In this document: positions 22,860 to 32,847 of the stretch, piece by piece
Layout of the letters: the number at the start of each line of letters is the position of its first letter
Position numbering within the stretch: position 1 is the first letter of the stretch
Assembly: GCA_963783375.1 (NCBI GenBank)
Contig: CAWANH010000028.1
Coordinates: forward strand, 1,056,001 to 1,120,000
Source: Candidatus Eiseniibacteriota bacterium
GTDB taxonomy: Bacteria > Eisenbacteria > RBG-16-71-46 > JABDJR01
Reading direction: 5' to 3'
Length of the DNA stretch: 64,000 nucleotides
The notes under the pieces: generated by a model
What the model was told of the DNA's origin: nothing
The model's database searches: none
Seen by the model: only the letters and a program-made list of their open reading frames with translations
Program-made: the position numbers and the translations under genes

Positions 22860-24055
22860 CCCCGTCCCGGGATCCCCAACGCCTCGCCGCCATTCTGCGT
22901 CTTCTCGACGACACATCCCCGTTGGTGCGGGAGAAGGTCACCGAGGCCCTGGCCGAATACGGCAACGACCTGTTCGATGAGCTGGCGCGCATTCCCGGCG
23001 CGGTGGAGGAGAGTCAGCTCGAAGCGATCCGGACCTTGCTGGGCGAGCGGAGCCGGAGCTGGCTCCGGCGGTCGTGGTCCGCCTGGTTCGGGCTGGGCGA
23101 GGACGCCGACCGGCTCGAGACGGCTATGAGGCTCCTGGCCGAGTACCAGGCCGGCCGGCTTCTTCCGCGGAAGCTCCCCGAACTGCTCGATGGGTTGGCC
23201 GACGGTTTCCGGCGCTCGGATCGTCCCGTCGACGCGGCCGGTCTGGCCCGATACCTGTTCGAAGACCGCGCGATCGTAGGCGCGCGAGAGGACTATTACG
23301 CCCCCCGGCGATCGAGCATGGTCCACGCCATCGAGGACGGACGCGGCATCCCCATCACCATGGTTCTGATCTATATCCTCGTGGGGCGGCGCCTCGAGAT
23401 TCGGGTGGAGCCGGTGAATTTCCCCGGTCACTTCCTGGCCCGGGTCGTCGAGGCGGGCACGCCCCGATGGGTGGACTGCTACCACGGCGGGCGCTTTCTG
23501 ACCGAGGAGGATTTTCTGCGGGCCGATCCCCAGTTCCCCGAGGCGGTCCGTGAGGTGCTGAACGCCCGGGTGCCGGTAGAGGTCGTTCTGGCCCGGGTGC
23601 TCAACAACCTGGCTCGGGCCTACGGCGAGGCGGGGAGGATGGCGGACCGGGATTTCATGCGGGAGCTTCTCCAGGGAATTCAGAGCGCTCCACGCCCCGC
23701 CCTGCCGCTCTGCGGACCTTTCGAGGCCGAGGGTCGCGCGGACGATCCGGAACTCGAGGTGGGGAGCCTGGTTCGCCACCGATTGTACGGTTACCGGGGG
23801 GTTATCGTGGATCGGGACCCGGCCTGCCGCGCCGACGAGGAGTGGTATCGCTCCAACGCGACCCAGCCCGACCGGCGTCAGCCCTGGTACAGCGTGCTGG
23901 TGGACGGCACCAACGACATCACCTACGCGGCCCAGAGCAACCTCGAACTGGACGCCACCGCCCGGCCGGTCGTCCACCCCCTGGTCGGACAGTTCTTCAG
24001 CCGGTTCGAAAACGGGGTCTACATCCGGAACGAACGACCCTGGCCCGCCCGGTAG
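22856..24055 (+). CDS. SirB1/transglutaminase-like (Transglut_core2) domain fused to HspQ/YccV-like domain
   Basis: DYYAPRRS...GRGIPITM...[10 protein letters not shown]...ARVLNNL (SirB1), then [21 protein letters not shown]...[10 protein letters not shown]...TYAAQSNL (HspQ). Confidence 0.85.
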   Translation: MTPSRDPQRLAAILRLLDDTSPLVREKVTEALAEYGNDLFDELARIPGAVEESQLEAIRTLLGERSRSWLRRSWSAWFGLGEDADRLETAMRLLAEYQAGRLLPRKLPELLDGLADGFRRSDRPVDAAGLARYLFEDRAIVGAREDYYAPRRSSMVHAIEDGRGIPITMVLIYILVGRRLEIRVEPVNFPGHFLARVVEAGTPRWVDCYHGGRFLTEEDFLRADPQFPEAVREVLNARVPVEVVLARVLNNLARAYGEAGRMADRDFMRELLQGIQSAPRPALPLCGPFEAEGRADDPELEVGSLVRHRLYGYRGVIVDRDPACRADEEWYRSNATQPDRRQPWYSVLVDGTNDITYAAQSNLELDATARPVVHPLVGQFFSRFENGVYIRNERPWPAR

Positions 24056-24423
24056 TCGATCGGTGTGATGGACTTCGGACCGGCGGTCCCCCGGTCCCGG
24101 CGGCTCTCTCCGGGCCGGGCACCCCTTCGGCGCGGCGGACTCCCGCCGGACCATGCGGTTCCCGCGAAAGAACAAACGCGCGGGCAAAGGGGGAACCTCG
24201 CCCGCGCGCGGGGAGCAGGGGACGGGGCCAGGGGTCCCGCCGATCTCCCCGAAAGAAAGTGCCGGGTGCCCCGGAAACCCACCCCCGTTAACCAGGAGCC
24301 CCAGATGGGCCCCAGGTGCACCCGGCAACAGCCGAACCCCATGACTTCCGGCGGGCTATCCACCCCCCTCATCCCCACGGCCGGCTCCCGCACGAAATGA
24401 CCCTGGTCGTCATGAGGTGTCCA

Positions 24424-24518
24424 TAAACGATAGCTAGACATTATATGAACAAAAACGGTCTGTCAAGATGCTCTACCGAGGAATGTTTTTGACAACGGCT
24501 GGACAAGACGACTAGTGT
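24424..24518. promoter_or_regulatory. Divergent sigma70 promoters overlapped by CarH-type 11-bp direct repeats
   Basis: TAAACG/TAGACA/TGAACA at 24424/24435/24446 and TTGACA/TGGACA at 24489/24500 (11-nt period). Plus-strand TTGACA..TAGTGT; minus-strand TTGACA(24466)-17-TAATGT. Confidence 0.7.
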
Positions 24519-24542
24519 GTTGCTCATTCGGAGGTTAGCGTC

Positions 24543-25499
24543 ATGAAGCGAACTCACTCCCCGTCGGGGGAGGCCCGACACCCGATCAAGCTCGCCGCCC
24601 GCAGGACCGGTCTATCTCCCGACGTTATAAGGGTTTGGGAGAAGAGATACGGAGCGGTGGTTCCGCGCCGGAACGCTCGGGGACAGCGGGCCTATTCCGA
24701 CGAGGACGTGGAGCGGCTCCGCCTCCTGGCCCAGGTGACCGCCGCGGGCCGGCGGATCGGGGATGTGGCCCGGCTCTCCGCGGAGGAACTCGCAACCCTG
24801 GCCCGTGAAGACGAGACCGCGGCCCGCCTCCTCCCCGCCCGCCGGGGAAGCCTGGGTGATTCCGCCGGCGCCTATCTCCGCCAGGCCCTGGCTGCGGTGA
24901 ACGATCTGGACGGACACGGTCTCGATCAGGCGATCACCGGCGCGTCCATCGCCTTGAGCCCCCAGGTGCTTCGCCGCGAGGTGCTCTTCCCGTTCCTCCA
25001 TGAGATCGGTGACCGGTGGCAGGCGGGCAGCCTTCGCGTCGTACACGAGCACCTGGCCTCGGCCCTGGTGCGCTCGTTTCTCGGATCGATCCGAAACGGC
25101 CACAACCTCCCCGATTCCGCCCCCCACATACTGGTCACCACCCCCGCCGGCCAGCTCCACGAACTGGGCGCGCTCATGGCGGCGGCGGGAGCGAGCGAGG
25201 TGGGGTGGCGGGCGACCTACCTGGGGCCCAACCTTCCCGCCGAAGAGATCGCCGCCGCCGTGATTCAGAAGCGGGCGAAGGCGGTGGGGCTGAGCATCGT
25301 CTATCCCATGGACGACCCCCGCCTTCACGACGAACTCCGACGGCTTCACCGCCATCTCGACGGTGGAGTAATTCTCTTCGCGGGGGGAGACGGCGCGCCC
25401 GCCTACGCCGGCGTGCTGGAGGAGATTTACGCGATCCGCCTGGATTCCGTGGCGGCGCTCCAGGAGGAGCTCAAGTCCCTGAACCGAGCCGCCGGCTGA
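24543..25499 (+). CDS. MerR-family regulator with cobalamin-binding domain (CarH/LitR-like)
   Basis: MerR HTH IRVWEKRYG..P.R...QRAYS; W-x9-EH (WQAGSLRVVHEH); B12 motif QLHELG; YLGPNLP. Confidence 0.9.
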   Translation: MKRTHSPSGEARHPIKLAARRTGLSPDVIRVWEKRYGAVVPRRNARGQRAYSDEDVERLRLLAQVTAAGRRIGDVARLSAEELATLAREDETAARLLPARRGSLGDSAGAYLRQALAAVNDLDGHGLDQAITGASIALSPQVLRREVLFPFLHEIGDRWQAGSLRVVHEHLASALVRSFLGSIRNGHNLPDSAPHILVTTPAGQLHELGALMAAAGASEVGWRATYLGPNLPAEEIAAAVIQKRAKAVGLSIVYPMDDPRLHDELRRLHRHLDGGVILFAGGDGAPAYAGVLEEIYAIRLDSVAALQEELKSLNRAAG

Positions 25500-25520
25500 G
25501 ATCGATCGTCTCCGGCGACC

Positions 25521-27227
25521 TCAGCCGGGATGGTGCAATCCGACGGTACCGGGGGGCGCCACGTCGACCACCCAGATCGGGCCGTCCGGCTCCATCATGG
25601 AGAGCCCGGGGTGATCCCGGATCTCCCGCCGGAGTCGCTCCACCTCGGCCGCCGGGTAGCGGTCGGTGTGGATCAGCACGTAGGTGATCCCCAGCTCCCT
25701 CAACATGGCCACCGAACTGTTGTCGGGAAAGACCTGCATTTCGGTTCGGAGCTTCCGGGTGATGGGCGGAACGAACGCCGCCACGCCGTTGGCCAACCTC
25801 TTCTTGTGGACGAGTGAATAGAGCTGGTATCGACCGAAATCGACGTTCTCATCGCCTTCGTCCGCGGGCATGGGAAGCTCCACGATGGCCAGGGAACCAT
25901 CCACGCTTCCCAGCCAACGGTAGACCGCGGGAATGCCGTGGGGAAGCGGATTCAGGAGCTGCACCGGCGCGGCGAAGAGCTCCAGCGCGGCCAGGCCCAC
26001 CGCCGCGAGCCCGAAGATACCCCGCCTTCCGAACCGCCCGGCGAGGAGCGTGAGCCCCCCCGCGGCCAGGATCGCGATCCCCAAAGAGGCCAGGGTGATG
26101 AAGCGAACCGGAGCGCGGATGAAGGAGGCCCCCGGGATCACGTAGCGGACCAGGATGTAGGGGAGGGGAAACCGGGCTCCCGGGCCTCCCAGGGCAGGAC
26201 CCAGGGCCAGGATCGCGGCGATCGGGATGAGGAGCGCGTAGAAGATCATCTCCGGGCGATGGGGATGCCGGCGCCAGCCTCGGGACAGCGCCCAGAAGAG
26301 CGCCAGGCCGAGCGCCACCACCCCGGGGAAGAGCGGATGCCGCGCGGCGTCCCCCCAGGGGGCCAGGCCGCGAAGGAGGCTCCCCGGGGCGGGGGTCAGG
26401 AAGTCGCGGGGGAGGGCGCTGTAGAGCGCGGTCTGTCCGAGCCCGCGGTGGAATCCGATATCCGCCCGCAGATTGTGGAGATAGGGGGTGGAGAAGGGGG
26501 CCGCCACCACCAGGCCGATCGCCACCGCGGTGAGGATCACCCAGCGTTGCCGGCTCAGTAGATCGATGGTCTGGCTCCGGTCGGTGACCAGAAGCACGAT
26601 CAGGTAGATGAGTACGACCAGGAGAAGGAACACGCCGCTGTAGGTGCTGGAGAGAAACTGGGCCAGGCAAAAAGCGAGACACAGGAAGAGCTCCCGCCGG
26701 AGCCTGGTTTCCACCCAGAGATGCAGGGAGAGGAGGGCGAACGGGATCCACATCATGGCCAGCACGTTGATCTGGCCCGCGTTGTGATAACGGAAGGGGT
26801 GGAAGGCGAAGAGCACGCCGGCCAGAAGAGCGGCCGGGGTATTGTCGGTGAGGTAGCGCGCGAGGAGGAACGCCCCCAGCCCGGAGAGCACGAAGGTGAG
26901 GAGCCAGACCATGTTGAACCCCACGATCATGCTGCCGGTGGCCCAGTTTATGGGCGCGGCGAGCACGGCGAGGCCGAACACGTGGTCCAGGAATGACAAG
27001 GAAGCGGAGTAGGGATAGAAGAAGGTGGCGTGAAAGAGGTGAAGAGGATTGTTGGCCAGGCTCTGGGCCCCCCAGGTGACGGCGTAGAGCAACTGGATGG
27101 CGTCGAAGGCGGGCTGGGCCACGGGGACTTCGTGCCGCAGGTGGATGGCGAGCGGCCAAGTGAAGACCAGGGTCAGAAGGACGTATATCGCCAGCGCGAG
27201 AAGCAGATCTCGTCGCGAAACGACCAC
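25521..27227 (-). CDS. Polytopic membrane protein, YfhO/GT-C glycosyltransferase-like
   Basis: Many TM helices; FFYPY, AGVLFAFHPFR, IRAPVRF, ELP...NG, GITYVLIH patterns. Confidence 0.7.
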   Translation of the reverse strand: MVVSRRDLLLALAIYVLLTLVFTWPLAIHLRHEVPVAQPAFDAIQLLYAVTWGAQSLANNPLHLFHATFFYPYSASLSFLDHVFGLAVLAAPINWATGSMIVGFNMVWLLTFVLSGLGAFLLARYLTDNTPAALLAGVLFAFHPFRYHNAGQINVLAMMWIPFALLSLHLWVETRLRRELFLCLAFCLAQFLSSTYSGVFLLLVVLIYLIVLLVTDRSQTIDLLSRQRWVILTAVAIGLVVAAPFSTPYLHNLRADIGFHRGLGQTALYSALPRDFLTPAPGSLLRGLAPWGDAARHPLFPGVVALGLALFWALSRGWRRHPHRPEMIFYALLIPIAAILALGPALGGPGARFPLPYILVRYVIPGASFIRAPVRFITLASLGIAILAAGGLTLLAGRFGRRGIFGLAAVGLAALELFAAPVQLLNPLPHGIPAVYRWLGSVDGSLAIVELPMPADEGDENVDFGRYQLYSLVHKKRLANGVAAFVPPITRKLRTEMQVFPDNSSVAMLRELGITYVLIHTDRYPAAEVERLRREIRDHPGLSMMEPDGPIWVVDVAPPGTVGLHHPG

Positions 27228-27354
27228 GGGGGGGAACCTTCCGCTTGCAATCGAGGCGGTCGGAGCGAGGTCACACCGGAGGGCGCCGACCCATTCGATT
27301 GACAGTAAGTCACCGCATTATATAGGGTTGCTCAGTCCGTCGCAAGGAGTGAGG

Positions 27355-28347
27355 GTGAAACGAAAGGCCGGCCGGCGCATCTTCGAGGAGCTCGGTTCCC
27401 TGACCACCGAGGGGCGAAATCCCGAATCGGTGAACCTGGACCGGCTGGCCGCGCCGGAGCTGCTCCGTCTCCTGAACCGGGAGGACGCCCTGGTGGCGGG
27501 GGCGGTGGCCGGGGAGATCCCGCACATCGAGATGGCGGTGGAGCTGGTGGTGGAGGCGTTCCACGCCGGCGGCCGGCTCCTCTACGTGGGAGCGGGGACG
27601 AGCGGCCGGCTGGGAGTGGCCGACGCCGCCGAGTGTCCGCCCACCTTCGGGTCGGACCCCGAGACGGTGCAGGGAATCATCGCGGGAGGCGAGGCGGCTC
27701 TGGTCCGGGCGGTGGAGGGGGCGGAGGACGACGCCGACGCCGGGGCCGAGGCGGTGCGGGAGCGCGGGGTCGGGCCCGGCGACGTGGTCATGGGGATCGC
27801 GGCCAGCCGTCGGACTCCCTTCGTTCTGGCCGCGGTGGCCGAGGCCCGATACCTGGGCGCGCGCACCGTGTATCTCACCATGAACCCGAGGGACACGATC
27901 GACTTCGAGGTGGACGTGGCCATCTGCCCGGTGGTGGGTCCCGAGGTGCTCATGGGCTCCACGCGCATGAAGTCCGCCCTGGCCCAGAAGATGGTCCTCA
28001 CCATGATCACCACCGCCGCTTTCGTCCGGATGGGAAAAGTCTACGAGAACATGATGGTGGATCTTTCCGCGGGGAGCGCCAAGCTCCGGGAGCGGGGGAA
28101 GCGGGTGGTGATGACGATCACCGGACGCGACTACGACGCCGCCTCCGACGCCCTGACCCGGGCCGACGGCTCGGTGAAGACCGCCATCGTGATGATCGAG
28201 TCCGGAGTGGACGCGGATGCGGCGCGAACCCTGTTGAACGAGGCCGGCGGATTCGTGCGGGGCGCCCTGGAGCGCGCGGCCGCGGGTCCCGAGCCCCGGC
28301 CCACGGATGCCCCGGGGCCGTCCGAAGAGAAAGGAACGACGACATGA
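27355..28347 (+). CDS. murQ: N-acetylmuramic acid 6-phosphate etherase
   Basis: LTTEGRNP, YVGAGTSGRLG, DAAECPPTFG, GAEDD, GPEVLMGSTRMKS, GKVYENMMVD. Confidence 0.96.
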   Translation: MKRKAGRRIFEELGSLTTEGRNPESVNLDRLAAPELLRLLNREDALVAGAVAGEIPHIEMAVELVVEAFHAGGRLLYVGAGTSGRLGVADAAECPPTFGSDPETVQGIIAGGEAALVRAVEGAEDDADAGAEAVRERGVGPGDVVMGIAASRRTPFVLAAVAEARYLGARTVYLTMNPRDTIDFEVDVAICPVVGPEVLMGSTRMKSALAQKMVLTMITTAAFVRMGKVYENMMVDLSAGSAKLRERGKRVVMTITGRDYDAASDALTRADGSVKTAIVMIESGVDADAARTLLNEAGGFVRGALERAAAGPEPRPTDAPGPSEEKGTTT

Positions 28348-29597
28348 TCTCCGAGCTTTCCGGTCGTGGGAGCTACGCGCTCCGGGCGGCGCGCGGAGTG
28401 GACGTGACGGCGGGGAAGGTGGTGGAGGACGCGGTGGTCCTGGTGGAGAACGAGCGGATCACCGGGTTCGGGAAGGGACTCGCCACGCCCGCCGGGGCCT
28501 CGGTGATCGATCTCGGGGACGCCACCCTCCTCCCCGGGCTTCACGACAACCACTCCCATCTCCTCATGGAACCGATCGACCTGGTAACTTCGGTCTACCG
28601 GTGGGGCTCGGCGACCAAGGCGCTCCACGGTCTCCGGAACGCCCAGAAGACCCTGTGGGGCGGATTCACCACCGTGCGCGTTCCCGGGGACTCCGACTGG
28701 CAGAACGCCCTGGTGGAACTCCGGAACTTCATCGCCCAGGGCCACGCCCCCGGGCCGCGGATGCTGGTGGCGCCGCACTACCTCTCGATCACCGGCGGCC
28801 ACGGCGACGCCAACGATTTCGCCTGCGATCTGTGCATGCAACCGATGGGGAAGATCGTGGACGGGGTGGAGGAGATGCGGAAGGCGGTTCGGGAGGAGAT
28901 CAAGCTCGGGGCGGATTGGATCAAGCTCTTCGCCTCGGGAGGCGTGCTCAGCATGGGGGACGACCCCAACCACGCCCACTACACCCTGGAGGAGATCCGG
29001 GTCGCCGCGGAGGAGGCGCACCGGCTGGGGAAGCGGATCACCGCCCACGCCCACGGGGCCCAGGCGGTGAAGTACTGCGCCGAGGCCGGGTTCGACTCGG
29101 TCGAGCACTGCAGCTTCATCGACGACGAGGGGATCGGGATGATGAAGGCCAAGGGGATCCCCTGCGTTCCCACCCTCTACGTGCTCGACTACCTGCAGAT
29201 CCCGGAGAACCCGATGAACCTCGACCCCTCGATCATCAAGAAGGCGACCGACGCCCGCGGGCTCCAGCGGGATCGTTTCGCCCGGATCGTGAAGCACGGC
29301 GCCCCGGTGGTCTACGGAACCGACATCGGGATCTTCCCCCACGGCGAGAACTGGCGGGACTTCCCGGTCATGGTCGAGTGCGGGATGGCCCCGATGGAGG
29401 CGATACGGGCCGCCACCGTGAACTCGGCGCGGATGAACGGAATCGACGGGGAGGTCGGCGTCCTCGAGGAGGGAAAGCTGGCCGACGTGGTCGCGGTGGC
29501 CGGGGACCCGCTGGCCGACGTCCAGCGGATGGGGGACGTCCGTTTCGTGATGCGGGACGGGGTGGTCTACCGGAACGACGGGGGGACGGCGGCATGA
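28344..29597 (+). CDS. Metal-dependent amidohydrolase (Xaa-Pro dipeptidase/carboxypeptidase-like)
   Basis: LPGLHDNHSH, GADWIK, AHAHG, SVEH, GTDIG, GKLADVVAV. Confidence 0.9.
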   Translation: MISELSGRGSYALRAARGVDVTAGKVVEDAVVLVENERITGFGKGLATPAGASVIDLGDATLLPGLHDNHSHLLMEPIDLVTSVYRWGSATKALHGLRNAQKTLWGGFTTVRVPGDSDWQNALVELRNFIAQGHAPGPRMLVAPHYLSITGGHGDANDFACDLCMQPMGKIVDGVEEMRKAVREEIKLGADWIKLFASGGVLSMGDDPNHAHYTLEEIRVAAEEAHRLGKRITAHAHGAQAVKYCAEAGFDSVEHCSFIDDEGIGMMKAKGIPCVPTLYVLDYLQIPENPMNLDPSIIKKATDARGLQRDRFARIVKHGAPVVYGTDIGIFPHGENWRDFPVMVECGMAPMEAIRAATVNSARMNGIDGEVGVLEEGKLADVVAVAGDPLADVQRMGDVRFVMRDGVVYRNDGGTAA

Positions 29598-30829
29598 AGC
29601 GCGTTCTTGGGGCGGTGCTGATCGCGGCGGCCTGCGGGTTGGGTTGCGGAAAGGGCGGCGGCGCCGGAAACGGCCCGGTGACCGTCACCTTCTGGGAGTT
29701 CTTCCCCGTCGAGACCGTCCGCCCCCTGATCGACGCCTTCGAGGCCGCGCACCCCGGCATCAAGGTGGATCTGCAGCAGCTCACCTGGCAGAACGGGCAG
29801 GAGAAGATCACCGCCGCCGCGGCGGCCGGGAACCCCCCCGACCTCTGCGAGCTGGGGAGCACCTGGTTCGCCAAGTTCGCCGGGAACGGGGTCCTGGCCG
29901 ATCTCACCGAGCGGGCCGCCGGCCTCCGTCCCGGCTACCGGATGTGGGACGCCTGCACCTACGACGGCCGCGTGTACGGGCTGCCCTGGCTCACCGGGAC
30001 CCGGGCGCTGTTCGTGAATCGCGGCCTCATGCGCCGGGCCGGACTGGATCCCGAACGGCTTCCCGAGACCTGGGACGACCTGCTCCATCTCGCGGTCCAG
30101 GTGGACGCCCTCGGGGACCAGACCTACGGCTACGGGCTGAACAGCGGGGAGCGCTACGTCCAGATCAAGAAGTTCATGCCCTTCGCCTGGGGTAACGGGG
30201 GGAGCGTCCTCACTCCGGACCGGACGCGGTGCGCGTTCGCCGGGCCTCCGGTCCTCGAGGCCCTGCGTTACTATCTGAAGCTCAGACCCTACTCCCTGCT
30301 CGAGAAGCAGGAGGTGCTGGACCAGGCCTTCAAGGACGGGAAGATCGGCGCCATGATCTCGGGCTCCTGGCTCCTCCGGACCCTGCCCCGCGACGCCCCC
30401 CACCTGGACTTCGCGGTGACCCTGGTCCCCAAGCCCGCGGCCGATCGCGGAACGCACGCGTCGTTCGGCGGGGGGGAGGTCCTGGTGGTGTTTCGCCGTT
30501 CCCCCCGCCAGGAGGCCGCCCTGGAGCTGGCGCGCTACCTGATCGAGGCCCCCCAGGCCATGGCGGTGGCCAAGGATCAGATGAGCGTCCTTCCCGCGGC
30601 GGTGGGCGCGGAGAAGGACCCCTACTTCGCCGCGAACCCCGGGATGGCGGTGTTCATGGATCAGCTCCGGACCGCGGTGTTCCCTCCCAACATCGAGTCC
30701 TGGCTCCAGATCGAGGACGCGGTGGACGCGTCGCTGGAGAAGGCGGTCTTCGGGAAGGTCGAGCCGGACGCGGCCCTGGCCGGGGCCTGCAAGGCCATCG
30801 ACGCGATCCTCGCCACCCCGGCTCGGTGA
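29594..30829 (+). CDS. Carbohydrate ABC transporter substrate-binding lipoprotein (SBP family 1)
   Basis: Lipobox-like GLGC; FEAAHPGIKV, GNPPDL, YDGRVYGLPW, FKDGKIGAMISGSW. Confidence 0.92.
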   Translation: MKRVLGAVLIAAACGLGCGKGGGAGNGPVTVTFWEFFPVETVRPLIDAFEAAHPGIKVDLQQLTWQNGQEKITAAAAAGNPPDLCELGSTWFAKFAGNGVLADLTERAAGLRPGYRMWDACTYDGRVYGLPWLTGTRALFVNRGLMRRAGLDPERLPETWDDLLHLAVQVDALGDQTYGYGLNSGERYVQIKKFMPFAWGNGGSVLTPDRTRCAFAGPPVLEALRYYLKLRPYSLLEKQEVLDQAFKDGKIGAMISGSWLLRTLPRDAPHLDFAVTLVPKPAADRGTHASFGGGEVLVVFRRSPRQEAALELARYLIEAPQAMAVAKDQMSVLPAAVGAEKDPYFAANPGMAVFMDQLRTAVFPPNIESWLQIEDAVDASLEKAVFGKVEPDAALAGACKAIDAILATPAR

Positions 30830-30869
30830 GGGCTTTTCACAGTGTTGATTCGCGGGAAGGAGCGGCGCC

Positions 30870-31850
30870 ATGAAGACGCGTAAGCTGGGTGCGGGCGGGC
30901 CCGAGGTTTCCGCCCTGGGTCTCGGTTGCATGGGGATGTCGGAGTTCTACGGCCCCGCCGATGACGCCCGTTCGATCGCGGTCATCCACCGCGCGCTGGA
31001 TCTCGGAGTGAACTTTCTCGACACCGCGGACATGTACGGCCCGTTCAAGAACGAGAAGCTGGTCGGGCAGGCGATCGCCGATCGCCGGGATCGCGTGGTC
31101 CTGGCCACCAAGTTCGGGAACGTCCGGGGGGAAGGGGGCGAGTTCCTGGGAATCTCCGGCCGCCCGGAGTACGTTCGCCGGGCTTGCGACGCCTCGCTCC
31201 GGCGGCTGGGGGTGGATCACATCGATCTCTATTACCAGCACCGGGTGGACGTCGAGGTTCCCATCGAAGAGACGGCGGGGGCGATGGCGGAGCTGGTCCA
31301 GGCCGGCAAGGTCCGCCATCTGGGCCTCTCCGAGGCCGCCCCGGAGACCATCCGCCGGGCCCACGCCGTTCACCCCATCGCCGCGCTCCAGACCGAGTAC
31401 TCGCTCTGGACCCGGGATCCGGAAGACGGGCTTCTCGACACCGTGCGGGAGCTGGGGATCGGCTTCGTGGCCTACAGCCCGCTCGGCCGGGGGTTCCTCT
31501 CCGGCCGGATCCGGAGCCTGGACGACCTCGCCCCCGACGACTTCCGCCGCCGAAATCCCCGCTTCCAGGGGGAGAACTTCCGGAAGAACCTGGATCTGGT
31601 GGATGGGGTCCGGGCCATCGCCGACGAGAAGCGGGTGTCGCCGGCCCAGATCGCCCTGGCCTGGGTCCTGGCCCGGGGGGACGACATCGTCCCCATTCCC
31701 GGGACCACCCGGGGCGAGCACCTGGAGGAGGATCTGGCCGCGGCGGCGATCGAGCTCACCGCCGACGACCTCCGGCGCCTCGACGAGGCCGCCCCCAAGG
31801 GGATCACCGCCGGGGACCGCTATCCCAACATGAGCACGGTGAACCGGTAA
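30870..31850 (+). CDS. Aldo/keto reductase
   Basis: [49 protein letters not shown]. Confidence 0.95.
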   Translation: MKTRKLGAGGPEVSALGLGCMGMSEFYGPADDARSIAVIHRALDLGVNFLDTADMYGPFKNEKLVGQAIADRRDRVVLATKFGNVRGEGGEFLGISGRPEYVRRACDASLRRLGVDHIDLYYQHRVDVEVPIEETAGAMAELVQAGKVRHLGLSEAAPETIRRAHAVHPIAALQTEYSLWTRDPEDGLLDTVRELGIGFVAYSPLGRGFLSGRIRSLDDLAPDDFRRRNPRFQGENFRKNLDLVDGVRAIADEKRVSPAQIALAWVLARGDDIVPIPGTTRGEHLEEDLAAAAIELTADDLRRLDEAAPKGITAGDRYPNMSTVNR

Positions 31851-31950
31851 CGCGGGGCGTCCACGCGGCCGTTCCACGACCGCCTCGACCGCCGCGTGAA
31901 TCCCGCGCGGGGTCCGGGGTCTTGGTTTACCCGGGCGAACCGCGACCCCT

Positions 31951-32847
31951 ATGATCCCCCGGATGCCCCGACGCCGCGCCATATCCCGTCCCTCGGCCCG
32001 GGGGACCCTCGTCTTCCTCAGCCCGTGGCTGGTGTCCTTCGTTCTCTTCGGGGTGTACCCGCTCCTCTTCTCGCTCCTGGTGAGCTTCACCGACTACAAC
32101 CCTCTTCGGGGGAGCATGGGCTGGCTCGGCTTCGCCAACTACCTGAAGGCGCTCCGCGATCCGCTCTTCTGGCAGTCCCTCAAGGTCACCCTGATCTTCG
32201 TGGCCGGCACCATCCCCTTCACCACCAGCCTGGCCCTGGGGCTGGCCCTCCTTCTCAACCGGCCGCTCCGGGGACGCGGGATCCTCCGCGCCTCGTTCTT
32301 CCTTCCCACCGTGGTGTCCCTGGTGGTGGTCTCGCTGATCTTCAAGCAGGTCTACTCGCCCTTCGGCCTCCTGAACGCGTTCCTGGGGGTTCTCGGTCTC
32401 TCCGGCCGGTCCTGGCTCCAGGACCCCATGACCGCGCTCCCCGCGGTCATGGCCATGGACGTGTGGGCGGCCATCGGCTACTACATGGTGATCTACCTGG
32501 CCGGCCTCCAGACCATCCCGGCCGAACTCTACGAGGCGGCCTCCCTCGACGGGGCGATCGGATGGCGCGCCCACCTCCACGTGACCCTGCCGCTTCTTCT
32601 TCCCACCACGCTGTTCGTGGTGGTGATCAACACCATCCGAAGCCTCCAGGTCTTCATCGAGGTCTTCGTGATGACCCGGGGCGGTCCCCTCGACTCCACC
32701 CTCACCACCGTGTACTACCTCTACGACCAGGGTTTTCGCTACTTCAGCATGGGCTACGCCAGCGCCATCGCGTATCTCCTGTTCGTGGTGATCCTGGTCT
32801 TCGCGCTCCTCCAGAGCCGGTTCCTGCGCTCGAGGGTGGAGGCGTGA
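31951..32847 (+). CDS. Carbohydrate ABC transporter permease
   Basis: EAA loop LAGLQTIPAELYEAASLDGA; MTRGGP; TM helices. Confidence 0.94.
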   Translation: MIPRMPRRRAISRPSARGTLVFLSPWLVSFVLFGVYPLLFSLLVSFTDYNPLRGSMGWLGFANYLKALRDPLFWQSLKVTLIFVAGTIPFTTSLALGLALLLNRPLRGRGILRASFFLPTVVSLVVVSLIFKQVYSPFGLLNAFLGVLGLSGRSWLQDPMTALPAVMAMDVWAAIGYYMVIYLAGLQTIPAELYEAASLDGAIGWRAHLHVTLPLLLPTTLFVVVINTIRSLQVFIEVFVMTRGGPLDSTLTTVYYLYDQGFRYFSMGYASAIAYLLFVVILVFALLQSRFLRSRVEA

